Assembly (NCBI RefSeq): GCF_000025685.1 | Contig: NC_013967.1 | Span: forward strand, 2,670,001 to 2,702,000 | Length of the DNA: 32,000 nucleotides | Direction: 5' to 3' | Source: Haloferax volcanii DS2 | GTDB taxonomy: Archaea; Halobacteriota; Halobacteria; Halobacteriales; Haloferacaceae | Shown: one piece after another, positions 1-8,507 of the stretch | Layout: each line of letters begins with the position of its first letter | How positions within the stretch are numbered: position 1 is the stretch's first letter | Position numbers and translations under genes: made by a program | Notes under the pieces: model-generated | The model's input: the letters and a program-made list of their open reading frames with translations, nothing else | Database searches by the model: none | What the model was told of the DNA's origin: nothing

Positions 1-93
1 GTCTCGCGTCGCTACCGGGACCACTCGTTCGACGACATAGAGACAGTGATATCCGGTCGAATCGAACTTGGCCGGTGGACAAGCATCTGGTGA
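1..93 (+). CDS. possible 3' end of a CDS that starts upstream of the window (product unknown)
   Basis: Frame 1 is open from the window edge to TGA at 91-93. It translates to VSRRYRDHSFDDIETVISGRIELGRWTSIW*, is acidic, and has about 70% GC at third positions by hand count. Too short to identify. Confidence 0.2.
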   Translation, partial: VSRRYRDHSFDDIETVISGRIELGRWTSIW

Positions 94-219
94 TTTAAGT
101 GGATAGCCCGCGTGTGTCCAGTCAGTAGCGGCCGAAAACCGCAGATGCGCGGAAGTGGGATGCACTCGAACGGGCCGAGCTCGCGGCGAACGAAGGAGCC
201 CTTTCGAGCCGAGGACCAG

Positions 220-246
220 GGTTCAAATCCCTGACCGAGCACTTCT
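220..246 (+). repeat. tRNA 3'-end-like fragment, copy 1 (T-arm plus 3' acceptor strand, no tRNA body)
   Basis: CAGGG-TTCAAAT-CCCTG (217-233) is a perfect T-arm, followed by ACCGAGC-A. No matching 5' acceptor strand (GCTCGGT or G-U variants) occurs in 1-216. The 27 nt at 220-246 are identical to 322-348. Confidence 0.6.
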
Positions 247-321
247 CTGAGGAACAACGTGACGAAGAGAGAGCGGAGCGTAGGGGATTTGAAACAGGGA
301 GCGAACAGAGCGAGCGACTGA

Positions 322-348
322 GGTTCAAATCCCTGACCGAGCACTTCT
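322..348 (+). repeat. tRNA 3'-end-like fragment, copy 2 (direct repeat of 220-246)
   Basis: 27/27 identity with 220-246. Here the 5' strand of the T-stem is not complementary, so only the 3' part is conserved. Similarity continues weakly for about 13 nt downstream (8/13). Confidence 0.6.
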
Positions 349-362
349 TTGCTGAACGATCT

Positions 363-392
363 TCGAAGCGACCGCTTTGCGTGTCGCTTCGA
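363..392. repeat. perfect 10-bp inverted repeat (hairpin, 10-nt loop)
   Basis: TCGAAGCGAC (363-372) pairs base-for-base with GTCGCTTCGA (383-392). It lies just after repeat copy 2. Confidence 0.6.
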
Positions 393-407
393 CTGTGGAG
401 CAGGAAT

Positions 408-436
408 GCGACCAGGGAATTAGAACTAGCGAGCAC
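408..436 (+). repeat. degenerate third copy of the tRNA-fragment repeat
   Basis: GACCAGGG...CGAGCAC shares both ends with copy 1 (8 nt and 7 nt identical). The middle is diverged. Confidence 0.3.
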
Positions 437-664
437 CGTGTTGCGAGTGGAGTTCAACTCCCCTCCAGACCATCCCATTCTACCGCAGTCTGCGATAGCT
501 CTTGTGTCCCACCAAGTAGCGTCGCCGGATTCACGCGGAACCGTAGGTGCGGCCGCTGGGGGAGGCGTTCATGAGAGCCCCGCTGAACTCACAGTCGAAC
601 GGTGGGCTCGCTCCGGTGTTACAGGACGCGAAACACTGATTACCCATTTACCGTTCAACATCTC

Positions 665-1150
665 ATGCCCTCGGACATGGAATTCAAGTTCAATGGCCCA
701 TCTGGACCGCTCGGGGTCGCACTCCTCCTTATCTTAGGACTGGGCGTTATGGGGTACGGGGGGTACAGTTACTTGGCCCAATCTTCGGCGTTGGACGCCA
801 CGGAGACGGTTGACGCGACTATCGTTTCGACCGCAATCGAACAGGTCAACCAGCGACGAGGGACGGACGATTACAGACCGCAAGCGACTTTCAGATACAC
901 CTATGAAGGCGAACGCTATACGTCAACACATATGTATCCCGGAGGTGTTTCGCGCGAATTCGAGACGAAGGAAGACGCTCAATCGCAGTTAGGGGGTTAC
1001 GAGCAAGGAGCGACCGTGACCGCCTACGTACCATCGAATTCCCCCGGTGACGCGTTCCTGATACATGAGAGCAGCACTAAGCCGCTCTACATAACCGGGT
1101 TTGGTGCTGCTCTCGTGCTTGGCACGCTCGTTTCGGTCCTTCGAAACTGA
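665..1150 (+). CDS. DUF3592-like membrane protein (N- and C-terminal TM helices around a soluble domain)
   Basis: Track ORF 602..1150. TM 'GVALLLILGLGVMGYGGY', a soluble middle, and a C-terminal TM 'ITGFGAALVLGTLVSVL'. ATG at 665 (alternative 677) is preferred over GTG at 602. TATA-like CATTTAC sits at 645-651. Hand-counted lines are 48-55% GC, lower than neighbouring genes. Confidence 0.6.
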   Translation: MPSDMEFKFNGPSGPLGVALLLILGLGVMGYGGYSYLAQSSALDATETVDATIVSTAIEQVNQRRGTDDYRPQATFRYTYEGERYTSTHMYPGGVSREFETKEDAQSQLGGYEQGATVTAYVPSNSPGDAFLIHESSTKPLYITGFGAALVLGTLVSVLRN

Positions 1151-1332
1151 GGGTCTGGCAGATTATCCGGCTACCGCGTTTCTGTGTCAGAACGGGCGGG
1201 AAACACTATACGTATCCACAGTCCAACGATGACGCATGCACGGGCTCCTGAACGCTCTCCGTCGATGGGTCAACCAACCCCCATCGGTCGGGAGAAACCG
1301 CGTCTGGAACGTTGCAGGAGCGTAGGGAATCG

Positions 1333-2361
1333 ATGACAGACGGAACCTCCATGGCCATCCCGCTCGACGAATTTCGGGTGCCAGTCGTCGCCTACGCCGT
1401 GACGAACGGCGAGCCTCGTATCACTGCAACGAACGGGGCTTTCGAGTCGGTGTTCGAGAGTCCCTCGCCCGAAACGCCCGTAACGGCGATATTCGAGCGA
1501 TTCAGTCTCGTCAACTCGACCGGTGACGAGAACCCGGTCACGCACCTCATTCGTGGCGACAGTGTCGGGATGTACCTCGACGGGGGCGGTTCGGGTGGGC
1601 CGTTCTTCGCTCGGATACTCTCTTCTGACGGTGACACCGGCTACGTTGTGTTTCGAGACGCGAACGAGTTCCCCGGTATCGCGTGCACTCCGGCCGTAGA
1701 ACCCGTGAGCAGTGTGATCAGCCACGACCTCCGTAACCCGCTGGACGTCGCCAAGGCCCACCTCCGAGCAGCACGGGAGACAGGTGACACCGAGCACTTC
1801 GAGGCAGTAGCCGACGCGCACGAGCGAATGGAACGTATCATCCGCGACGTACTGACTATCTCGCGGGACCGAACCGTGTTGGACCCGACCGGCAACGTCT
1901 CGATAGAAGCCGCCGCGAAGGATGCGTGGCAATCCGTCGATACCGAGTACGCCACGCTGGATGTGGCGGACACACTCCCGACTGCGACTGCCGACTCTGG
2001 ACGCGTCCAGCGACTGTTCGAGAATCTGTTCCGGAACGCCGTGGAACATGGTGCCACGGCCGACCAGACACTGTCCGATGACAGCGCGGGGAGCGACTCC
2101 ACGAGCAGTCGGGCGGCGAACTCGGCGCGCGCGGTGACCGTCACAGTAGGCGCGTTGGAAAACGGCTTCTACGTCGCAGATGACGGGCCGGGTATTCCCG
2201 CGGGTGAGCGAGCGGTCGTCTTCGAACCGGGATACTCGACTCGGGAGGGGGGGACCGGCCTCGGTCTCGCAATTGTCGAGCGAATCGTCGTCGCACACGG
2301 ATGGGAGCTGACCCTCACGACCGCAGCGAACGGCGGGACGCGCGTTGAGGTATGGTTCTAA
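1333..2361 (+). CDS. cytoplasmic sensor histidine kinase (PAS-like N-terminus, HisKA, HATPase_c)
   Basis: H-box 'SVISHDLRNPL', N-box 'LFENLFRNAVEHG', 'DDGPGIP', 'GGTGLGLAIV'. ATG at 1333 lies within track ORF 1312..2361, whose first start codon is TTG. Confidence 0.85.
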   Translation: MTDGTSMAIPLDEFRVPVVAYAVTNGEPRITATNGAFESVFESPSPETPVTAIFERFSLVNSTGDENPVTHLIRGDSVGMYLDGGGSGGPFFARILSSDGDTGYVVFRDANEFPGIACTPAVEPVSSVISHDLRNPLDVAKAHLRAARETGDTEHFEAVADAHERMERIIRDVLTISRDRTVLDPTGNVSIEAAAKDAWQSVDTEYATLDVADTLPTATADSGRVQRLFENLFRNAVEHGATADQTLSDDSAGSDSTSSRAANSARAVTVTVGALENGFYVADDGPGIPAGERAVVFEPGYSTREGGTGLGLAIVERIVVAHGWELTLTTAANGGTRVEVWF

Positions 2362-2425
2362 CACTGATGTCCGAGGCGGCGCTCGGAACCAATAGACCAT
2401 TGTCGGACGAACGCAGTCACTAACT

Positions 2426-3976
2426 ATGGATGACCGACTCCGGCACGCACCCGTCGGCGTCCTCGCCGTCTCGGCGGATGGGACCGTGAACGATATCAAC
2501 GAGGTCGCGCGGTCGCGCATCGGTGCCGCGGGAGACGTAGTCGGTGCCCCACTCGCCGAGGTGTTCCCCCGGTCCGTCGAGGATTCGCTGCTGCTCGCAT
2601 TCGAGGGGAGTTCCATTACGGAAACGTCCTTTGAGGAGTACTATCCCGAGTTGGAACGCTGGCTCGGCGTCTCCGTCGCGTCTACTGACGACGGGGTCGC
2701 CATCTACGTCGAAGATGTGACGGAGCGGAGACGCCACGAGCAGTCGGTCGAGAAACTGCGGATCGAGCACAAGCGGACGGCCGTCATCGAAACCGTGCTT
2801 TCGGAAATCCTCACAGAACTCGTCGGAGCAACGTCTCGCGCGGAAATCGCCGAGACCATCTGCCGCAGCCTCGGAGAGACGGATATTTACGAGTTCGCCT
2901 GGGTCGGTGAGCGCGAAATCGGGAGCGACAGTCTCGTCCTTCACGCCGCCGCTGGCGACACCGGCGAGACCGTTGCAGCCGTCCGCGACGCGCTCGACGA
3001 CGAGACGACCACGACGCTGGAAGAGCGTGCGGTAGAGACCGGGCGTCTGCAAGCGGCGCAACCGCTCGTCGATGACTCTCAAGTCCCGGACTCGGTCGGA
3101 ACCGCCGGATTTGCGGACGGCGTCCAATCAGCGCTCGCGGTTCCGCTCGTGTACGGCTCGAACGTACACGGTGTGGTCGGCATCTACGCCAGCGGAACCG
3201 AGGCGTTCTCGGACCGAGCGTACACCAGTTTCGAGACGTTAGGTGATGTCGCCGGCTTCGCGGTCACCGCCGCTCGGAACCGGAATCTACTGCTCTCAGA
3301 TAGCGTCGCGGAGCTCACCTTCGAAGTTGGTGACGGGTCGGTCGTATCTCGATTGAGTAAGGCTCTGGATTCGACGTTGCGACTGGAGGGAGTCGTACCG
3401 CACGGAGATGACGCACTACTTTGCTTCGTCTCGGTCGAGGGCTCGACTATGCAGGCGGTCGAGGGGGCTGCCGCTGACATCGCCGGTATCGACGATTTGA
3501 GAGCCATTCGCGAGTCTGAGTCGGGGGGGTCCGTGGAACTCACCGTCAGGGGGTCCACTCCGTTGCTCGCCATCTCGTCTCTCGGTGGGACTGTTCGCCG
3601 TGCGAACTTCGACAGTGGTACCGGCCGAATCGTCGTAGAGCTGCCACCAGACGGCGACGTGCGGCGTATCGCAGACGCGGTCAGCCGCGACTACAACATG
3701 GAGTTCGTCGCCAAAGAGGAACGAGAGCGCTCCGTGACCACCGCTCGTGAATTCAGAGACGCGTTGCACGACGCCTTGACGGAGCGACAACGAACCGCAC
3801 TTCAGACCGCGTACTTCGCGGACTACTTCGAATCACCCCGTGGAAGCACAGCCGAAGAAGTCGCTGCCTCCCTCGATATCACCGGCTCGACGCTCCTCTA
3901 CCACCTCCGAGCGGGACAACGGAAGCTCCTCGACGCGTATCTCAACGAGAGTTCGCGGTCCTCCGAGACGCGTTGA
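2426..3976 (+). CDS. Bat-like (bacterio-opsin activator family) regulator: PAS, GAF, HTH_10
   Basis: 516 aa. The C-terminal 'LTERQRTALQTAYFADYFESPRGSTAEEVAASLDITGSTLLYHLRAGQRKLL' is the HTH_10 signature. The N-terminus is PAS-like and the centre GAF-like. Confidence 0.85.
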   Translation: MDDRLRHAPVGVLAVSADGTVNDINEVARSRIGAAGDVVGAPLAEVFPRSVEDSLLLAFEGSSITETSFEEYYPELERWLGVSVASTDDGVAIYVEDVTERRRHEQSVEKLRIEHKRTAVIETVLSEILTELVGATSRAEIAETICRSLGETDIYEFAWVGEREIGSDSLVLHAAAGDTGETVAAVRDALDDETTTTLEERAVETGRLQAAQPLVDDSQVPDSVGTAGFADGVQSALAVPLVYGSNVHGVVGIYASGTEAFSDRAYTSFETLGDVAGFAVTAARNRNLLLSDSVAELTFEVGDGSVVSRLSKALDSTLRLEGVVPHGDDALLCFVSVEGSTMQAVEGAAADIAGIDDLRAIRESESGGSVELTVRGSTPLLAISSLGGTVRRANFDSGTGRIVVELPPDGDVRRIADAVSRDYNMEFVAKEERERSVTTAREFRDALHDALTERQRTALQTAYFADYFESPRGSTAEEVAASLDITGSTLLYHLRAGQRKLLDAYLNESSRSSETR

Positions 3977-4076
3977 ACGCCTCTGCTGTCATCCGTCTGA
4001 GCCGTGCGATATTGGTCCGTTCGTGCTTCAGCGATGGAAACACAGCCCGGAAAGATACAGTCGCAAGCGCACGTGG

Positions 4077-4538
4077 ATGGGTATGGTCCGAGCAGCACTA
4101 AGCGTCGTCGCCGGCTTCACCGTCGTTACTCTCCTGTTTTGGTCCCCGCTTCTGGCCATTACACGGCTCCGTGAACTGTTCCGGTGGCCGACCAACCGGC
4201 TCGTCGTGAACTATCCGCTAATCGGGAGCGTGCTACTCGCGGCGCAGTCTCTCTCGTATCTCGTCGTGATGTTACTCACCGCGGGAACGGGGACGGTAAC
4301 GGGGGGTGATGCCGTCGGCATCGTTGGTGATGTTCTCGCTGTCAATCTCCTCTTCCCGAGTACCCTCGCGCTCGTCGTTCTCCGGGTCCTGCCAGAACGT
4401 GGCCATCGGACGCCCACCGGGGATGGGCTGAGTCCCCGACTGGCCCTCGGAATTGGCGTTGTCTGGTACGGAATCGTTACGTCTGTTGGGTTCGTCCTCA
4501 TCGGACTCGTGGTTACGTTTGCGAACCTGCCGTTGTGA
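4077..4538 (+). CDS. hypothetical polytopic membrane protein
   Basis: The internal ATG at 4077 of track ORF 3840..4538 avoids overlap with the Bat-like gene. Four or five hydrophobic segments (e.g. 'VRAALSVVAGFTVVTLLFW', 'VVWYGIVTSVGFVLIGLVV'). No recognisable family. Confidence 0.5.
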   Translation: MGMVRAALSVVAGFTVVTLLFWSPLLAITRLRELFRWPTNRLVVNYPLIGSVLLAAQSLSYLVVMLLTAGTGTVTGGDAVGIVGDVLAVNLLFPSTLALVVLRVLPERGHRTPTGDGLSPRLALGIGVVWYGIVTSVGFVLIGLVVTFANLPL

Positions 4539-4619
4539 CGTCGTCTCTGTGGCGTCTGTTCAGTCTCTGGGGTCAGCACGCGGGTCCGTAGTGAGGGGCT
4601 CCGCGGGAACAGACGAGTG

Positions 4620-5198
4620 TCAGACGCCTTCGCGCTCGATTTCGTCGAACTGGTCGAGAATGCTGTCGTCCGGCAACAGCCGCCGCGTTCGTCGTTCGAG
4701 CCGTCGCGCCCGCGCTGCGGTCTCATCGTATCCCTCGTGTTCACGGCGTCGCTCCGGGCTCAGTTCCGCTTCGAGTACCGCGCGCTTGGCCTCGACGCGA
4801 AAGAATTCTCCGAGCGTCTCGTAGGCGAGAATCCGTTGCTGCTGGTCGATTACGGCGCGCACGTCCTCCCGGTCGACGGGCTTACACAGGTAGTCGTCGA
4901 ACGGCATATCCAGGACTTCCACTCCGGGGTCGACCGCGGTCACCATGACGACACGGCCAGAGAAGTCGCGTTCGTCGAGTTCGGTCAACACGTCGTCACC
5001 GGACAGTCCCGGCATATGACGATCTAAGAGGACGATGTCGACCGGTGAATCGCGGATAACCGAGAGCGCCTCCTCACCGCCGTATGCGGTTTCGACCTCG
5101 CAGTAGCCTCGCAAGCGCAACGCGTACGCGTCCGCTACTTCCCGCTCGTCGTCCACGATGAGCGCGCGAACGTCCGCCGCACCATCTGTTCCGGGCAT
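4620..5198 (-). CDS. response regulator, receiver domain plus HalX-type helical C-terminal domain
   Basis: 'RALIVDDE', 'DIVLLDRHMPGLSG', 'VMVTA', 'DDYLCKP' form the receiver domain. The C-terminal coiled-coil-like segment 'AKRAVLEAELSPERRREHEGYDE' is typical of haloarchaeal HalX. Confidence 0.85.
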   Translation of the reverse strand: MPGTDGAADVRALIVDDEREVADAYALRLRGYCEVETAYGGEEALSVIRDSPVDIVLLDRHMPGLSGDDVLTELDERDFSGRVVMVTAVDPGVEVLDMPFDDYLCKPVDREDVRAVIDQQQRILAYETLGEFFRVEAKRAVLEAELSPERRREHEGYDETAARARRLERRTRRLLPDDSILDQFDEIEREGV

Positions 5199-5351
5199 CT
5201 GTCTCGCTATCTACCGTGGGCGTCGTGACTGAGCCCCCATAACTGATGGCCTTCTCTTCGCAGACTCGTCTGGACTCCTAGAGTCGGCCGCGTGGAGCGG
5301 TCTGCACTCCTAGCACATCCCTCCAGTAGGTCACGGGCCATCCCCAATCGT

Positions 5352-5705
5352 ATGACCGCCCACCCCGAAGCATCCAGGTCGAAGCAGCCGCTCGAACGAA
5401 CCGAGACCGACGACCTCACGACGGCGGAGCTCTTCGACCTCTTCGGTGACAAGTACACCCGCCGCGTCTACGAAGCCGTCGCCGAGCAACCCCGGTGTGG
5501 CAGGGATGTCGCCGAAGCCGCCGACGTCTCACGGCCGACGGCGTACCGCCGCCTCAACGCCCTTCGCGACGCAGGGCTCGTGCGAACCGAGATGTCCATC
5601 TGTGAGGACGGACACCATCGAGAGCGGTTCGAGGCCGTCCCCACCTCGCTTTCGGTCTCCCTCGACGAGAACGGCATCGATGCGATGGTTAGTGTCTCGG
5701 GCTAG
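5352..5705 (+). CDS. small winged-helix DNA-binding protein (ArsR/TrmB-like)
   Basis: 'DKYTRRVYEAVAEQPRCGRDVAEAADVSRPTAYRRLNALRDAGLV' is an HTH. ATG at 5352 is preferred over GTG at 5292. Confidence 0.6.
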   Translation: MTAHPEASRSKQPLERTETDDLTTAELFDLFGDKYTRRVYEAVAEQPRCGRDVAEAADVSRPTAYRRLNALRDAGLVRTEMSICEDGHHRERFEAVPTSLSVSLDENGIDAMVSVSG

Positions 5706-6027
5706 CTGAGAAGCCGATTTGCACCTGTTTCAGACGGAGAAACGCAGAAAAACCTCTTATCATCAACGGGCGACACGGCCTACCTGCCCGTCATCCCCCG
5801 GACGGGTGACTGGATGGCCTCCACCTCTCTCCCTCCCTGCTCGTCCCGCAACGCGTATCGGCCTCGCTTCGAAGACAGACTGCGAGTTCACTTCCGAACC
5901 GCATCTTGGAATCCGTCCGATTCGACCGCGCGTGAACCCGCAACGAGACTGCTCACCGGGCAGTTCGAGACGCGTCATCACCGAGTTCATAATACTGTAC
6001 GATAGATTGACACGAGACTCCCAATCA

Positions 6028-7680
6028 ATGGCGTTCCAATCGACACTAGGTGCGCTCGCTCTCAACGCCGCGGCGGTCGTTCTCCTTGGCCGGACCACAT
6101 GGACGGCGTTCCAGTCTCGGGAGCAACCCAGTGCGGAACCGTTCATCTCGCTCCTCGCTGCGCTGACGCTGTGGGCCGTATTCGCCTTCGGATCCGACCT
6201 CCCGGGCGCATCGTCCGTCGCTGTGCTTTCGACGCTGTTGTCGTTTGGCCAAATCGGGGCCGCACTGGTCATCCCGGGTATCTGGGTCGTGTACGCGCTC
6301 AGCTACACCGGTCGTGGAACCGGTCTGACGCGGAAGCGAGTCGCGCTGCTCGCCGGAATCGCACTCCCGGTTCTCTTGAGCGGGCTTACCATCGTGGTCG
6401 GGCCGTCGGAGACGGCCGTCGAATACATGATCGCCTCGCTAATCGGCACGGAAGTCCTGTACCTGTTCGCACTGTACCTGTACGCGACGTACCTCTTGGT
6501 TGACCTCGGTGGCAACCACGCCAGGGTGTCGAACACACACGTCGCAATCCTCACCGGTGGCGTTTCAGCGCCCTACCTGCCCAGCCTCGCGGGGAACAGT
6601 GCCACGCTCCCCGGCAGTACGACGGTTGGCCTGCTCGTGGCCGGCGTCCTCCTCGCGGTTGCCGTGCGACGGTATCCCGTCATGATCGGCTTCCCGAAAG
6701 CCGATTACGTCGCACGGACGCGTGTGGTAGAAACCTTACAGGAGGCGATTTTCGTCCTCGATTGGGACGACCACGTTCTCGACGTGAACGAGACGACCGC
6801 GGCGTTGTTCGACAGGTCGGCAGCGACGATAATCGGAGCGCCGATTCGGTCGGTCGTCGACGGGCTCGAACGGGCGGACCTCTCCGTGGGTGCCAGCGGA
6901 ACGGTCGCACTCCAGACCTCGAAGGGCCGCCGACAGTTCCAATACAGCGTCTCCGCGGTCACCGAATCCGCGACGGATGAGGAGGACAACCCGGTCGCCA
7001 GAACGGCCCTCTTCCGAGACGTGACAGACCGGCGAACCCGTGAACAGCGACTCACAGTCCTCAACCGAATCCTCCGTCACAACGTGCGAAACGACTTGGA
7101 TGTCGTCCTCGCCTACGCCGACCACGTCGATGACGAAGAGATACGAACCGGTATCCGAGACAGTACGACGGACCTGCTCGAACTGAGTGAGAAAGTCAGA
7201 GAGGCCGAGGAACTCATGTCAGCAAGTACCGAACCACCGGAATCGGTCGCTCTTACGGGCGTTGCGAAATCGGTGGCCGACCAGTTCCGAACCGGTGACA
7301 ATCCGGCCGAAATAACGCTTGACTCCCCCGACGATGTCTCGGTCACCGCTCACCGAACGGTACTTCAGCAGGTGCTCACTGAGCTAGTCGAAAACGCAAT
7401 CATTCACTCGGACAAGGACTCGCCGGCCGTCGAACTCCGGGTTCGAGAGCGTTCGGACGCATCGGCTGAACTCGTCGTGGCGGACGACGGGCCGGGACTT
7501 CCCGAACGGGAACAGGAGATTCTCGCTGCTGGGACCGAGACGCAACTCAAACACGGTCAGGGAATCGGGCTCTGGTTCGTCAACTGGGCCGTCACCCAGA
7601 TGGGGGGCGAGCTTCGGTTCCAGCCGAACACTCCGGACGGAAGTATCGTTACGATTCGCCTCTACGACGGGGTCACGTAG
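6028..7680 (+). CDS. membrane sensor histidine kinase (multi-TM N-terminus, PAS, HATPase_c)
   Basis: ATG at 6028 (MAFQSTLGALALNAAAVVLL...) is followed by about 6-7 hydrophobic helices. PAS-like region 'LQEAIFVLDWDDHVLDVNETTAALF', H-box-like 'LNRILRHNVRNDL', then 'LTELVENAIIHS', 'DDGPGLP', 'GQGIGLWFV'. The 5719-6027 part of the track ORF is Arg/Pro-rich and not credible. Confidence 0.85.
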   Translation: MAFQSTLGALALNAAAVVLLGRTTWTAFQSREQPSAEPFISLLAALTLWAVFAFGSDLPGASSVAVLSTLLSFGQIGAALVIPGIWVVYALSYTGRGTGLTRKRVALLAGIALPVLLSGLTIVVGPSETAVEYMIASLIGTEVLYLFALYLYATYLLVDLGGNHARVSNTHVAILTGGVSAPYLPSLAGNSATLPGSTTVGLLVAGVLLAVAVRRYPVMIGFPKADYVARTRVVETLQEAIFVLDWDDHVLDVNETTAALFDRSAATIIGAPIRSVVDGLERADLSVGASGTVALQTSKGRRQFQYSVSAVTESATDEEDNPVARTALFRDVTDRRTREQRLTVLNRILRHNVRNDLDVVLAYADHVDDEEIRTGIRDSTTDLLELSEKVREAEELMSASTEPPESVALTGVAKSVADQFRTGDNPAEITLDSPDDVSVTAHRTVLQQVLTELVENAIIHSDKDSPAVELRVRERSDASAELVVADDGPGLPEREQEILAAGTETQLKHGQGIGLWFVNWAVTQMGGELRFQPNTPDGSIVTIRLYDGVT

Positions 7681-7684
7681 CGTG

Positions 7685-8143
7685 TCACGCACTGACGACC
7701 GTGGTTCCCGCCAGCCTGTCACCGAGGCGCTGCTGCCGGTCCGACACCGCAATCCCGACGACGCCGACGAGGTACAAACCGGGGAACCAATCGACGAGAC
7801 GTAACACGTTCCGTATCGAGGCGGTGCCGAGCGTAAGGCCGGCCCCACCGGTACTCGTCACGCGGATGTTCACGAGCGCCTTCCCGATCGTCTTCCCGAA
7901 CTGCCACTCCATGACGGTGTGATAGCCGAGCGCCAAAACGAGCCACAGTCCCAGCGCCATCGACGCAGAGCCCTCTTCTAAATCCGTGTTCAGCCCTTGT
8001 GCGCTTGTCTCGACCTGTCCGGTGAACACTCCTGCGACCAAAATCGAAACGAATAGCAGCGCAATCCACACGAACGAATCGATTCCAATTGCGACGCCTC
8101 GGATTCCGATACCACAGTGCTCCTCAGGGTTTGAATCGGCCAT
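7685..8143 (-). CDS. RDD family membrane protein
   Basis: 'GIRGVAIGIDSFVWIALLF', 'IRNVLRLVDWFPGLYLVG', 'QRLGDRLAGTTVV'. Start chosen at ATG 8143 (MADSNPEE). The frame stays open up to 8431, so a longer N-terminus cannot be excluded. Confidence 0.7.
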   Translation of the reverse strand: MADSNPEEHCGIGIRGVAIGIDSFVWIALLFVSILVAGVFTGQVETSAQGLNTDLEEGSASMALGLWLVLALGYHTVMEWQFGKTIGKALVNIRVTSTGGAGLTLGTASIRNVLRLVDWFPGLYLVGVVGIAVSDRQQRLGDRLAGTTVVSA

Positions 8144-8507
8144 GCCTACACGGTGCTTCGCTTGGAAAGCGTAAACAACCGAGAGCAGTGTTTCTCCGTC
8201 GGAAATGCCGCCGGGAGACGACCACGTTCCAGACGCGTTCGACTGATGCCCGGACTGGCTCGCGTCAACGACGGTGCTCTCCGGCGCGGGAGGTGCGCCC
8301 ACGTCGGTGGAATCGCCCACTGAGCGCTGCTGTCGAACCCGACCACCGAGAGCTGTCCGTGTCCCTCGGCCCCGTGACTGCGTGGGGCAAGCGGAGTTGG
8401 GCGAGTGAACGACCGCCATCTCCACATCCAATTAGCTTACACGTTTTTAACGATAGCAATTAAAATACACACGATAGCATGGAACACGGGGATACAGGGG
8501 TTCGGTG

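Noticed and set aside
100-241. A full-length (possibly intron-containing) tRNA ending at the 217-241 T-arm/acceptor.
   Set aside because: No sequence in 1-216 can pair with the 3' acceptor strand ACCGAGC, even allowing G-U pairs. The bases upstream of the T-arm form a tetraloop hairpin (191-206) rather than an anticodon arm. I cannot run tRNAscan, so a non-canonical gene is not fully excluded.
8333-8352. A possible distal att copy (GTCGAACCCGACCACCGAGAGC) that would close an island starting at the 220-348 repeats.
   Set aside because: The similarity to GGTTCAAATCCCTGACCGAGCAC is patchy and needs indels, so it is not distinguishable from chance by eye.
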